A DNA stretch of 64,000 nucleotides from Negaprion brevirostris (lineage: Eukaryota): contig JARDVH010000194.1 of NCBI GenBank assembly GCA_030324005.1, positions 5,775,937 to 5,839,936 of the forward strand. Direction: 5' to 3'. Position 1 is the first letter of the stretch; each line of letters starts with the position of its first letter. Positions 51,640 to 63,879 of the stretch are shown in pieces. Below the pieces are notes generated by a model. It was given only the letters and a program-made list of their open reading frames with translations, had not been told where the DNA came from and ran no database searches. The translations under genes and the position numbers were made by a program.

Positions 51640-54109
51640 AAGCACAAAACACCTGATTCTTCCCACTGGACATTCAAACTATCAAAAACAAAAAGCCTCA
51701 CAGAGACCGAAAGAGTGACAGATTGTAGAGAGAGGGCAGTGAGAGCAACAGTGAGAGTGATAGATCGACACATATTGACAGAGAAGGATGGGCACAAAGC
51801 GATGGAGAGAGGCAGAGTTTGGAAGAGATTCTAACAGATACAGGGAAAGAAACAGAAACGAGAGAGACAGAGAGAGAGATTGAGTGAGAGAGACAGAGAG
51901 AGAGAGAGAGAAGACAGAAACAGACAGAGATTTTCAAAGAGCGAGAGAGACAGGGTAGAAGGTGGGGAAAATGGCGAGGAAGATGATACGGAATGACAAA
52001 GGGAGACAACAAAAGACAGATGGGAGGACGTTAGAAAGGAGGGAAAGCGAGACGAAGTGGGAAAGGGATACAGAAAGCGAAGGGTCGGAAAATAGTCATT
52101 GGCAGGGAGAAACAAGGATACGAGATAGAGAGTGTCAGCAAGTATGAAAGAGTAAGACTGAACGGTACCGTGGGCACAGCAAGAGCAAAAGTCAGTGTGA
52201 GGTAGAGAGAGGGAGAGAAACAGACAAAGAAAAGAAGGGGGGCAGAGACAGAGAGGGAGTGGGAGATAAAGATGAGACGGGAGAAAGAGAGTGAGATTGA
52301 GAGAGGGCTGGAGGGACAGAGGAAGAATGTAGAGAGAGGGAGACTGAGGGAGACGCAGAGAGAAACATAAAGAGAGGGACAGAGAGAGAGGGAGGGATAG
52401 GGAGAGAGAGAGACAGAGAGAGAGAGGCTGAGAGAAAGAATCACAGAAAGCAACAGAGAAACTTATTTAATGAATGTAACGATAACAATCAGGTGGTGTT
52501 ATTGGAAGCTGAGCTCCCTGATTGAGACAGTGAGTGCTGTCCAATCCGGGAGCCCTCCATCGTATATAAAATGCTGTATCTCGGTTACCAGAACTCAGGG
52601 TGTTGTACACTCAGAGTGTGATGTGATGGACTGGTGGTTTTAACACTAGACTATTAATACAGAAACTCGGCTAACATACTGAGGATCTGTGTTCGAACCC
52701 TGTCACGGTAGATAGTGGAATTTGAACAAATATATCTGGAATTCAGAATCTGCTGGTGACCATAAAAGCATTGTCGATTTTCAGAAAAAAAAACAAATGG
52801 ATCTCTAATATCCCAGGGAAGAAACCTGTCGTCCTTAAGTGGTCAGGACTAAATGTGACTCGAGAGCCGTAGCATTGTGGTTGACACTTAATTGACCTGT
52901 GAACAACGGCAAAATATATGTGACAGAATATGTTCAGGCAGTTAGTTCAAGAAGCAATTAGTTTTGAATGTGTGGTCAGAAGGATAATGGAATCTTTACT
53001 CAAAGATGTGATTGTAACATGTAAACGGACTGAAAATCGAGGGGAAGATCTTGAGTTTGTGTTCACTGTCTGTGGGAATGGAAACGAGGGCTCAAGTTCC
53101 GACCAAACCCAGAAGGCGCAAATCCTGCCGGGGTTTTCCATCTGTTTTTTGCTGCCCTTCACTGGCGGCCTCATCAGGCTCATGTCCACACCGGGTGTGA
53201 ACCTAATTCAAATCCACCTTCACACATTAACATATTATTCAAGCCCCATCCCCCTTACCGGATATCGAGCCCAATGTGCATGTTTAACTCTCACCAATGT
53301 GATGCGACCATTTTGAAGGGTCCCCTGTGTGTGTAAATTTAAGTGTAACTCCTGGGAGAGAGGGACATGGGCAGACAATAGCCTGACAATGCCCAAGCAT
53401 TGCTCTTGTCACAGACTGGCACTGCCAAGTTGGCATAGGCATGGTGCCAAACTGACATTGCCAACCTGTGCTAGGGAGCAGTGACAGGGGCAGACCCCAG
53501 TGGGAACCACATGGGGAAGAGTGGGAGGGATTAATTTATTGGTGAGGAAAGGGCAAATGGAGGTGGGAGCTGTGGATGCTGGTGATGGCCGTTTGGGTGT
53601 GGGTGGAGGGGGTGGGTGGATTGACTGCGTGGCTGGGTGGTGATTTGGGGGGAAGTGATCCAATGTTTGGGGGAAGAGGGGTGGGTGAATGGCCACTCTG
53701 ATCGCTGGGGGTGAATGGTAGCCCTGGTGCGGGCGGGGGTGGCGTCCGAGTCGGATGTTGCTTGTTCCATGCCCTCTGATGAAAACAGGAACAACGATAT
53801 AAGCCCGAGGATTGCTGAGGGAAGCCCTGTTGCCAATCTGTGCAGCAGAACATGTCGCCCCAGCTTTGTCACTGCACTGTTTCAGTAAAAGAAGTACAAT
53901 TTTACATAAAGCTGATATTTCACGTTTTATAAATGTTGTCCTGCTACGAGATGGTATCTGTATCAAGGCTGCATGTCCTGCCCACAACTTACTGTTTAAC
54001 ATGAGGCGTTTGGTTTTCCTTTTGAATGTGTGGCCCCTTTCAGAAAGTTCCTGATACAATGGTGTAAGTCAGGCATTCTCTACTTTTCACACAGCGCTAA
54101 TCAAGTTTT

Positions 54110-54400
54110 TAAAGTTTATTTATTCGTGTCACAAGTAGGTTTACATTAACACTGCAATGAAGTCACTGTGAAAATCCCCTAGTCGCCAAAATCCAGCCCC
54201 TGTTCAGGTACACGGAAGGAAAATTTAGCATAGCCAATGCCTCTAACTAGTCTTTCGCACTGTGGGAGGAAACTGGAGCACCCGGAGGAAACCCACGGAG
54301 ACACAGGGAGAACGTTCATATTCCGCACAGTGACCCAAGCCAGGAATCAAAACCAGATCCCTGCAACTGGGAAACAGCAGTGCTAACCACTGTGCCACCA
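54110..54400 (-). mobile_element. SINE
   Basis: Minus-strand head GGTGGCACAGTGGTTAGCACTGCTG, core GGGTTTCCTCCGGGTGCTCCAGTTTCCTCCCACAGT and AATAAATAAAC tail. Confidence 0.85.
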
Positions 54401-54479
54401 TGCCACCCATACACACAAAAAACAAAGAAGATTACTGCACGGGAACATTCTCTTCTGCCCTCCAAGTCTGTTTTGATCA

Positions 54480-55285
54480 AGATGCCCAAGCTAACTAGAA
54501 AAAAAAATCTTTTCCCATACTCAGTCTGTATCCTTCTATTGCCTCCCTGTTCATGTACCCATCCAGATGCCACTTAAATGTTGCTAATGTTCCAATTTTC
54601 ACCACCTCCTTTGGCAACCCCCTCCAAGCACCTACCACTCTCCATGAAAAATCTTCCCTGCCCATCTCCCTTAAACTTTTCCCGGCCCACCGTGAACCTG
54701 TGCCTCTTTGCAATTGACAGTCCCACCCTGGGGAAAAAGCCTCTGACTATCCACCCTATCTGTGCCTCTCATCATTTTGGAGGCATCTATCAGATCTCCG
54801 CTCAACCTCCATCTTTCCAGCGAAAAAAAGTCCGAGTTTATTCAACCTCTCCTCGTAGCCAACAGCCTGAGACGAGGCAACATCCTGGCGAATCTTCTTT
54901 GCGCTCTTTCCAAAGCTTCCAGCTTCTGGTTGTGTGGAGACCAGAACTGCACGCAATACTCCAAGTGCTGTCTAACCAAGGATTTATACAGCATACAGCA
55001 TGATTTCCCAACTCTTGCACTCAGTGCCCTGGCTGATGAAGGCAAGTGTGCTATATGCCTTTTTAATCATCTTGCCCCTGTTTTGCCACTTTTAGGGTCC
55101 TGCATGCACAGTTTCCTCTGTATATTAATGTTCCTTGGCGTTCTGCCATTCACAGTATAATTCACACCAAAATGTGATCCTCCAAATTGCATCACCTAAC
55201 ATTTATCCAGATTAAAGTCCATCTGCCAATTATATGCCCAAGCCTTCAATCATTCCATATCCTTTTGCATTCTCTGACAATTCCT
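54480..55285 (-). mobile_element. CR1-type LINE 3' fragment
   Basis: The minus ORF contains LYKSLVRQHLEYCVQFWSP...LERAQRRFARM. Confidence 0.88.
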
Positions 55286-55715
55286 TGTTGGAATTATAAA
55301 AATCTCTGATGCTTTCGACCAGTTTGCTTATTCCAATATTTTCCCTCGGTGTCCTTATTTACAAGCTGGTCAAGGGACAAACACAAGTAAAGGTTCAACA
55401 AGTTTATTAACAATAACACTACGAACCCTTAAATTACCCACATAAAACTAGAGGATACTCCAAAATCAGATATACTGCCCACAAAGATGGTTTGGTTAAA
55501 ACTGCTGGCTCGATTCTCTGAGTCCCTCTGGTCCGGCATCACGAAGGTGAGTCTCGATGGCAGCTTCTTCCTTCCTTCCTTCTCTGGTCAGTCTTCCGAA
55601 TGGCCAAGGGTCGCCNNNNNNNNNNNNNNNNNNNNNNNNNNNNNNNNNNNNNNNNNNNNNNNNNNNNNNNNNNNNNNNNNNNNNNNNNNNNNNNNNNNNN
55701 NNNNNNNNNNNNNNN

Positions 55716-56552
55716 CAGGTAACACAACTTCCTGTTTCTCTGCTGCCGGTTCCAAACCGCACATCTCACTTCCGAGCAGAAAATAAATCCAGGGACCACG
55801 ATCTGGTGAGAACATCTGTCAGTGCGGCCTATATCTGCCCACAGAGTCAGGACAGAGTCACACAGATCACATTGCGGTCACATTTAAAAATGAGTCTGTT
55901 GTGATCGGTTCAGAGTTTCTCGATATCACTGATGGTCAGTGGATCAGTCACTGAACTCCCGGTTTCCATGAAGGAAGGAAATGATAGCTGTTATCTTTCT
56001 TGGTTTAATCATTTTCTCTCCATCTGCTATTTATTTTTTGTTCCTCTGCTTTTTTCTGTCAGCACTCCGTTTTTCTTTCTCCGACCTCTCCAAGCCTCTC
56101 TCGCTCTCTCTCTCTTTCTTTCTCTCTATTTCCTTGTCAATTTTTTGAACACTCTTATTAGTACTCAAAATCATGAAGTTTTGAGCGGGGGGATTAAAGA
56201 AAGAGTATTTCAACTGGGAGGGCGGTCAGCAACCATTCGGCAAAAGTTTATTTTATTGAGCTGAGAGGCAGAAATGAAATTATTTATTTTACACAAGATT
56301 TGGTATGAACTGGAATGAACAGCTTGATAGGGTGATCGAATCAGATTTCACAGAAATTTACGAAAATAAATAAGATATGTCCTTCATGTGTTTAAAATTT
56401 CAAGGATTTTCGAGAATGGGAACATTTTAATTGTTCATCTATGTCATTGTCCCGGCATCCTTTTTGTGTCTCTCCCTGTCCTTCACTGAGACTGAATAAA
56501 ATGCAATATTCATGCAGCTGTCGTCTTGTGCTAATCTTATCTTTTGACGGCA

Positions 56553-56600
<48 letters not shown>

Positions 56601-56900
56601 TGCCCGGAACCATTCCGAAATTCTATTTACAAACCATCACTTTGAACAAATTAGCATTAGATCGAACTTGATTAGGAAAAACACAATAACCCTTAACATT
56701 TATTGCACTGTTCTTTTTTTCCTCCGGAGACGTTCTCACACTTTGTCTTTTCTACCTTCACATGTCCTAATTCTGACTATCAATGTGGAACTGTTTGTAA
56801 GAATGGAAAGGAACAGATGATTTTGTGTTCCTCTGACAGATTCACCATTGTTGTCTCAGATAACAGAAATTTATGGAGTCCGCCATGTCTCTCCCCCCCC
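55716..56900 (+). repeat. Segmental duplicate of 15879-16990
   Basis: Collinear from CAGGTAACACAACTTCCTG through the TG microsatellite to TTTATGGAGTCCGCCATG. Confidence 0.92.
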
Positions 56901-57173
56901 CTTGGGAATTCAAGCCTCAGTCAGGTGAACATAAGAACATCAGAAATAGGAGCAGGAGCATTTATTTAATATCCTAATCTTATTAAATGATTTTTTTTGA
57001 AAAAAAGACTTAAAATAGTCGGTTGCTCTTCAATAGCAATCTCCTAACATTACTTTCTCCAGAGAAGCTGAAAATATGTTTGTCAGGATTTGTCTGAACA
57101 AGTTTAAAGCTGTTAAATACCTTTATCATCGAAAGTAACAAAGAATTTGTGAACACCTTTTAAAGAATTGCAC

Positions 57174-57246
57174 TAAGCCAACCAGGAGTCAAGCCTGGAA
57201 TCTTCTGATCCGTAGTCAGCCGCGTTATCCATTGCACCACTGGCCC
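57174..57246 (-). tRNA. trnR-ACG: tRNA-Arg(ACG), probably a pseudogene
   Basis: GGGCCAGTGGTGCAATGGATAACGCGGCTGACTACGGATCAGAAGATTCCAGGCTTGACTCCTGGTTGGCTTA. The B box GGTTCGA is changed to GGCTTGA. Confidence 0.85.
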
Positions 57247-57516
57247 ACATGCGAAGGTTAGGATAGTTGTTACATATTAGCTCGACGTTTTGAAAGTTTC
57301 AGGCAGAAACATTGCCAAAAAGTTTGCTTTTACTTGTGAGGAAAAGGTCCATTATTGAGATTGTCTTTATTCGTTTCCTATCATCCCAAATCGCCCTTGA
57401 ATTGAGTAACAGCAGTTGAACGGGCTGGCAAATTCTCCTCTCGATTCGGAGTTGGTGATAAATTTAAATGAAATAACCTTCAGCCAATCCATCATCTGTA
57501 TTTGCAAATTCAAACA

Positions 57517-57588
57517 AGGTTCTACCGAGATTTAAACTCGCATCGCTGGATTCAGCGTCCAGAGTGCTCACCATTACACCACAGAACC
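57517..57588 (-). tRNA. trnQ-CTG: tRNA-Gln(CTG), probably a pseudogene
   Basis: GGTTCTGTGGTGTAATGGTGAGCACTCTGGACGCTGAATCCAGCGATGCGAGTTTAAATCTCGGTAGAACCT. U33 is changed to G and the T-loop TTC to TTT. Confidence 0.85.
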
Positions 57589-58510
57589 CAACACATGAGC
57601 AGTACCTGAAAATCGTGGATCAATACTTGTGCCAATTTGACCAGCAGGGAGAAATATCAGTCCAGTTGCACAATTCAGATTTATATTTCCCTTGCTGGTT
57701 CCTCCTGTAAAAATGAGTAGGCTACTTTCCACTCCATTAAATTTCACTGTAACTGACCTCATTCAAACACCAGTGTTTGCATCGAAATGACATAAACCTC
57801 CCTGCAGTAAATCCACTGAACAACATCAGCTTTTCACAGCTCTGCTTTCATCACACTGGAAGCCAACGTGAAAATATAAACAATTTCAAATCTTAACAGG
57901 CAGGAAGGAGTGTGTGAGTGTGGACAATTGGCGCTGTGCACATTCCTGTAACCAGTATCTGGGAGAATCAGGCAGATGGGATCCTGGTGGTCTCATGGTT
58001 AGGATTGTCAAGGACTTCTCATGCCTCCATCTAGCTCTCCTAAGCCCTAATTTTAAATCATTCCGACCTAACTTGTAACCCTGTGTATGTGTTATCAAGT
58101 GTTGAAAGTGGAAGTTTGGCCTGGTGTCGCACTGGGTACCAGATTTGAAGAAATGTAGCAACTTAAAGCTTGTGCAGAATGGCATGATGCATATTGTAGT
58201 GATATGGGTTGAGTGTAACAGACAGTGTGCAAATGATTTGAACAAGTTTTAAACGTGTTTAGACTAATGTGGTGAAAACAGAGGCATATTTGGGAGAAAG
58301 AGGCTGGGTGAGAGGGGAATTGTTGCAGAGTGCAGGTTGTGAATGAAAGGAAGGTGTTGAACAGCATGAGAGGCTTGTGCGATGTTGCGTCTGAGATTTG
58401 AGTGAGAGCATTTGTGGGCATTTGGGGAACGAAAGGACAAAGTAAGGAAATTACGATGCTGCTGAGTGTGAAGGAAGAGAGAGCATGTGGGGGTATTAGC
58501 AGCAAGAGCA

Positions 58511-58581
58511 GCATTGGTGGTCCTGTGGTAGAATTCTCGCCTGCCATGTGGGAGGCTCGGGTTCGATTCCCAGTCAATGCA
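58511..58581 (+). tRNA. trnG-GCC: tRNA-Gly(GCC), variant or pseudogene
   Basis: GCATTGGTGGTCCTGTGGTAGAATTCTCGCCTGCCATGTGGGAGGCTCGGGTTCGATTCCCAGTCAATGCA. The B box is intact, with several D-arm and stem substitutions. Confidence 0.88.
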
Positions 58582-59008
58582 AAGTTTCTTCTTTCTCCAA
58601 TTACTCTGCAGACTGAAGCGAATCGCCTGTCAAAACTGGGGGAAAACAAGGGAAATATTAAGTCTTGGAACTGAATCCTGAGGAAAATGGATCACAATAT
58701 TCGAAAGGAGGTGCAGTTGTGAATGGTGTTATTGATGATTGAGTGGAGAGTATTGGATCTTTGGGCAACTAGTGGTTAGTTCCCTTCCTCCCTGTGATAA
58801 GAAATATGTGTTCGTTTTACCTGCCCGTTCAAAGGAGAAAGGGAATAACCAAAACACGACAGCAGTGCTGCTGGATTAACGGAACTGAAGAGACATGAAG
58901 AGAATTGTAAACAGTGCGGTCATGCTGCAGTTCTGGAACAGGTTTTCAGAAATAGAATTGTGGTCATTGACACACGAGTTTAGAATTAATTTAATAGCTG
59001 CTGCATCA

Positions 59009-59082
59009 GTCTCTGTGGTGCAATTGGTCAGCGCGTTCGGCTGTTAAATGAAAGGTTGGTGGTTCGAGACCACCCAGGGACG
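59009..59082 (+). tRNA. trnN-GTT: tRNA-Asn(GTT), variant or pseudogene
   Basis: GTCTCTGTGGTGCAATTGGTCAGCGCGTTCGGCTGTTAAATGAAAGGTTGGTGGTTCGAGACCACCCAGGGACG followed by a T6 Pol III terminator. There is an anticodon-stem mismatch. Confidence 0.88.
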
Positions 59083-59363
59083 CAATTTTTCTCACTATCA
59101 GCATTCACAGGCAAACAGTTACCTGCTTGAATTCATTGAAAAGTTCGGAACTACGAGAGAGAGTTTGGCAGTGTACAAGCTGAGACATTGTATATGCCTC
59201 TGATTCTGTGTGTGCCCTTGTATCTTTCGAGTTACCAGGATCTCTGTATGTCTGCGCCTGAATCTTGGTGTATCTGTATCTATATGTGCCCCTGCATCTA
59301 TGTGTGTCCCTGAATCTGTGTATGCCCCCCTGTATCTCTGTAGGCCCCAATACCTGAGTGTGT

Positions 59364-59407
<44 letters not shown>

Positions 59408-59846
59408 GTCAATGTCTGATTCTTTGTGCCATTTTTAAGACTAAACCGTGAAAATATCTGACAAACGAATTGCAGAGGGAAGCAATATTTACCCACTAAG
59501 ATTCTGAATTTGATTAACGTCTGATAACTGCATCGAATGTGCAATTTGAAGCCTCACATAATCCCAGCTTCAATCTCCAGACATTATCTCCCAATGGGAA
59601 ATGAAGAACACTGTTTATCTGCGGTGCCTGGTTATAAAAAGGGCGAATATGCCAGCCGAGATCCTTCTGCAAACTCCAATCTCGGACAATATCGTTCAAT
59701 ATTCATATTTCAGTAACCGGTTCGCAGACTCACAAGCGCCAGCGCCNNNNNNNNNNNNNNNNNNNNNNNNNNNNNNNNNNNNNNNNNNNNNNNNNNNNNN
59801 NNNNNNNNNNNNNNNNNNNNNNNNNNNNNNNNNNNNNNNNNNNNNN

Positions 59847-60678
59847 GTGTTACGAGGTTGACTGTAGGGTGAGAGAAATGGCATTTTTGGACCTGTTGTG
59901 GATGTAGTGAACTGTAGTGGATCTAGGCAATCTGGGAAGCCGGAACTGATTCATGCCATGACTAACCTTTTGATACATTTCATAATATTGAATTTTGGTG
60001 TCACCAGACGATACTCATTAGTCAGCCTGCTTGGCTTTTCCTTTGGTACTGGCCTTTGTTTGAGTTTTAACCTGGTGCATACATTGGCAACCTTCCTGCC
60101 AAGAGAGGACTCATTGAGATGTAAATACAATAGAGATTCTGTGCTGTCAAGGCATCTNNNNNNNNNNAAGGGCCAAACAAACATTGTCTGGTATCAGCTC
60201 TGTTGCGGGAGTTGTCAGTGAGCTGTCTGAGAGACAACAGATGAACACCTACAGGACTCCATTCCAGATCTTCTGTTAGGGTTTACTGCCTCATCCTGCT
60301 TACCCTCCAATTCCTCCACAGGTAGAGGGGCTATTTACCTGTAGCTGAGTGAGGGACAATGTTGAGGACTCCCCGGAAAGCTCTCTCCCAAATGTTAACC
60401 TTTGTATCGCTACCAAGGAGCACTACGGTGGCATGGTGGTTAGAACTGCTGACTCACAGCATCAGGGACCTATGTTCAGTTCCAGTTTTGGGTTGACTTT
60501 ATACATTTTCTCTGTGTCTGTACAGGTTTACTCCAGACGTTCCACTTTCCTCTCACACTCCAAAATACGTGCTGGATTTTAAAAAACATCAAATTGTTGT
60601 GTGCGTGTTTTTTTTATATTTTAACACATCGTCAGTCTAAATGGAAATTTCTTCCATTGAATCATATCTAATTTTATT
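59847..60678 (+). other. Third copy of the gene A/B intron 3' end, cut by a gap just before the exon 2 acceptor
   Basis: Ends AAATGGAAATTTCTTCCATTGAATCATATCTAATTTTATT, matching 37042-37080, about 20 bp before the gene A acceptor. Confidence 0.8.
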
Positions 60679-60778
60679 NNNNNNNNNNNNNNNNNNNNNN
60701 NNNNNNNNNNNNNNNNNNNNNNNNNNNNNNNNNNNNNNNNNNNNNNNNNNNNNNNNNNNNNNNNNNNNNNNNNNNNNN

Positions 60779-61543
60779 ATCCATTTTCCTCAAGATTAAA
60801 TGTACCACTGAAACTCGAACCTGAGAAATAAGTAACTTTTACAATTCGGACATTGATGATAGTTATAAAAAATAACAAATATAACAGGATGAAATTTCCC
60901 GAAATTGTGAAGAGTAAAACAATAGACTTTTTCCGCTTGTCCACCTCTGGGTCGCTCTGAATCTTTCCATTGCCCTGGGCCCGGAGTCTCCTGCGGGCTG
61001 TATTGGCCACTGGAATGTGTCTTACCGTAAGAGCATTCAGCAGTAAAATCAAAATGAATGGAAGGATGCAACGCATCCAGTCATAAGCAGCCCAGAAAGG
61101 GGATGTGTAAAATGTTCGCTTTACGTTGCAGAGCCAGGGTACATTGTTAATGACGTACATGGGCTCATAAATAAAGTACACAAAGACATTTTTTGCACAG
61201 GTCAGTGTGGACACGATTCCAATGACCAAAGTCGCCACATTTTCATTACAATATTTGACTTTGAGTTTCTGGCAACAAATAGCCACAAATCTATCAAACG
61301 TGAAAGCAACGTTTAACCAGACAGAACTGTCCATGGCGGCAGAATTGAGGGCTGTCCGGAAACTGCAAACTGGTGTGACAGACAAGAAACTGGATGGAAA
61401 AAATATTCCAGCAATCCGGTTCAGTACAACAGCCGATATTATGAGCAGGAGATCCGCCACTGCCATGGACACCAGGTAATACGTGATACATCTGGAGAGA
61501 CCACAACTTCTTCTCGTGAGGATCATAATCACTGCGGTGTTAG
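60779..61543 (-). CDS. GPR139/GPR142-like orphan GPCR gene C, exon 2 (3' end lost in the gap)
   Basis: Acceptor CTCTATTGCAG at 61544. ANTAVIMILTRRSCGLSRCITYYLVSMAVADLL...FTFDRFVAICCQKLK...PWLC...KKSIVLLFTISGNF, open up to the gap. Confidence 0.9.
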
Positions 61544-62379
61544 CTGCAATAGAGGGAAAGAGATTGTGAGAATCTGTGCATGAAAGCGTGAGAAATGGAA
61601 AGTTCATCGCAAATAAAAAACAATTAATGACATTGTGTTCTGCGTGATATGTGCACCTCAGAGGCAATTGTACTTGCTTAATAATAATATTTTTATTAAT
61701 AATAAGGAACATTAACAAAATTGACTGTATCTTTAGTGAGACCTGACAAAGGCATAATGCGAAATGGAAAACACATCAAAACCAGCACTGAAGCATTAAA
61801 TGCACAATACAATGACATGAAAATAAGTAATTTTAAAAAATGGAGCAGGTAAATTGGAAAATAACTATCATTAAGTGTGGAAGTTAGTAAGGTCAAGGAT
61901 TATATAGCAATGGGTATTAAATATGACACATGAATGACAGCAAAACGATTTACTTTTGGAAAATTCTGCTGTGAATTTTCACGAATACACCTTCAAACGA
62001 AGGCAAATAAATTGACAATTATTAGCAGTTGTCTGAACTTGTGGAGGAGATTTGGGAAGCAGCGCTAAGACTGAATTGTATCCCTGATAATCGTCTGAAA
62101 TATCCGGTGATATATAAAACAATACTCTAAATACGAGAGATTTGACCAGTTATGTTGCTTGACTCATTGCAGAAAACAGAACAATTCGAAACGATGCTGG
62201 GTCCTGGCACAGCACAAGATGTAAATGTGAAATAGAACTCCCGGGCTGAGCCAATGAATGCTTGGCACTAGAAGCAGGCATAGGTTGTTGTGAGTTGGGG
62301 ATAAGTAGCAAACATTGAGGGAATTGATGCAACCAATCAATATGTTTTTGGCAGCTATTAAATAACTCAGATATCTTAC

Positions 62380-62449
62380 CTGAAACTCCGATAGCTGCTA
62401 TGACTGGATAATAAATGGCAAACACCAGGCCTTTTGGTATTCCATGCAT
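62380..62449 (-). CDS. GPCR gene C, exon 1 (MHGIPKGLVFAIYYPVIAAIGVS)
   Basis: ATG at 62449, YYP..A.IGV motif as in gene A exon 1, phase-1 donor G|GTAAG at 62379 in frame with exon 2. Confidence 0.88.
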
Positions 62450-62498
62450 TTCTTCCAGAAGCGCTGATTGCAGTCTGCACTACATTGATGAATTGCCA

Positions 62499-62506
62499 TA
62501 TTTATA
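62499..62506 (-). promoter_or_regulatory. Candidate TATA box of gene C
   Basis: TATAAATA 50 bp upstream of the ATG. Confidence 0.5.
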
Positions 62507-62637
62507 CCAGATGTCAGGGTCTAGGGATATAATTAAATTTCTTGATCTTTCGCATTAATTAAATTGAAGAGAACAAACAGATTACTGCAACAAAAGCAAC
62601 GTGACACAATGGTTAGTACTGTTGCTTCAGAGCAAGT

Positions 62638-62990
62638 AGTCTCACACACCAGGTTAAAGTCCAACAGTTTTATTCGGTACCAAAAGCCACTAGCTTTCGA
62701 AGGTTGCCCCTTCGTCAAGTAAGCTGGAGTTCTGTGCACAAATAAGGCATATAAAGACACAAACACAATTTTCGAAATAATGGTTTGAATGGAGGTCTTT
62801 ACAAGTAATCCAATCTCAAAGGTACAGACAATGTGAGTGGAGAGAGGGTTCAGCACAGGTTAAAGAGATGTGTATTGTCTCCAGACGGGGCAGTTAGTGA
62901 GATTTTGCAAGCCCAGGCAAGTAATGGGCGTTATAGAAAGTGTGACATGAACCCAAACTCCCAGTTCAGACTGTTCTCATGTATGCGGAA
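62638..62990. mobile_element. Penelope-like element end nested inside a SINE
   Basis: CACCAGGTTAAAGTCCAACAG..TTTATT...AGCTTTCG terminus. The SINE head at 62601-62632 resumes at about 62991 (CCAGGGAC...GGGTCACTGTCTG). Family assigned from recall. Confidence 0.55.
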
Positions 62991-63049
62991 CCAGGGACTT
63001 GGGCCCAATTCCGGCATAGGGTCACTGTCTGCGTGAAATTTGCACATTG

Positions 63050-63135
63050 TAACCATAACCCTAACCTTAACACTAAAACTAACCACAACCCGAACTAACT
63101 ATCTAACTCTAACCTTATCATTAACCCTAACCCTC
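63050..63135. repeat. Degenerate (CCCTAA)n telomere-like tract
   Basis: TAACCATAACCCTAACCTTAACACTAA...TTAACCCTAACCC. Confidence 0.75.
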
Positions 63136-63879
63136 GGTGACAATGAAGCCAATACAAAACAAAAGCAAGAATATGGACCTCAAGAAAGGGGATAGGAAAA
63201 GGTTCAGAACAAAACAAAGAAAGTAGCCCACCAGTTAAGAAGCCAACAGCCTCGTAGACAGAGACTAATCTCTCCCTAACCTACAGACAATAAAGATTCA
63301 TTGGATCCCCCAGAACCCAACACCACCCAAATGATACGAAAAACTCTCCCAAGCCAAGGCGTTTGTGGAGGGGTGGAGGTGGGGGGGAGGGAGGCGTTGG
63401 GGGCGTGGAGGGGGATGGGAGTGCGGAGGGCATGGGAAATTATGATGGATGCTGAGATGATGATGTCCATGAAATACTAGCCCCAAACTCCCATTGAGTT
63501 ACATTCAGAGCCAATTGCAGCTCGGACAGAAAATTGGATTGTCTGTGATTACACTTAATAAAATCCGTGTCAGCATTCGACAATGCGATTGGTATATTGA
63601 GCTAATAACTGAAATCAGTGCACAGTTAGTCATTTTGGTGCGCTCATGCAATTTACAGTATGTGTTATAGATCAGAGTGAGTTAGGGCTCGAATTGTGCT
63701 GAATTAAACATTATTACAAGTAACTACATTTTAAATATATACAGAACATAACATAGAGGCAGGGTTCGGCTGGATTTCTNNNNNNNNNNNNNNNNNNNNN
63801 NNNNNNNNNNNNNNNNNNNNNNNNNNNNNNNNNNNNNNNNNNNNNNNNNNNNNNNNNNNNNNNNNNNNNNNNNNNNNNN

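Noticed and set aside
53409-54059. 216-aa Pro/His-rich ORF
   Set aside because: No recognisable domain; it lies in a G-rich, probably repeat-derived stretch.
60621-61718. 365-aa single-exon GPCR ORF
   Set aside because: The N-terminal part is intron upstream of the 61544 acceptor, and the C-terminal part is fused across a gap to an unrelated contig.
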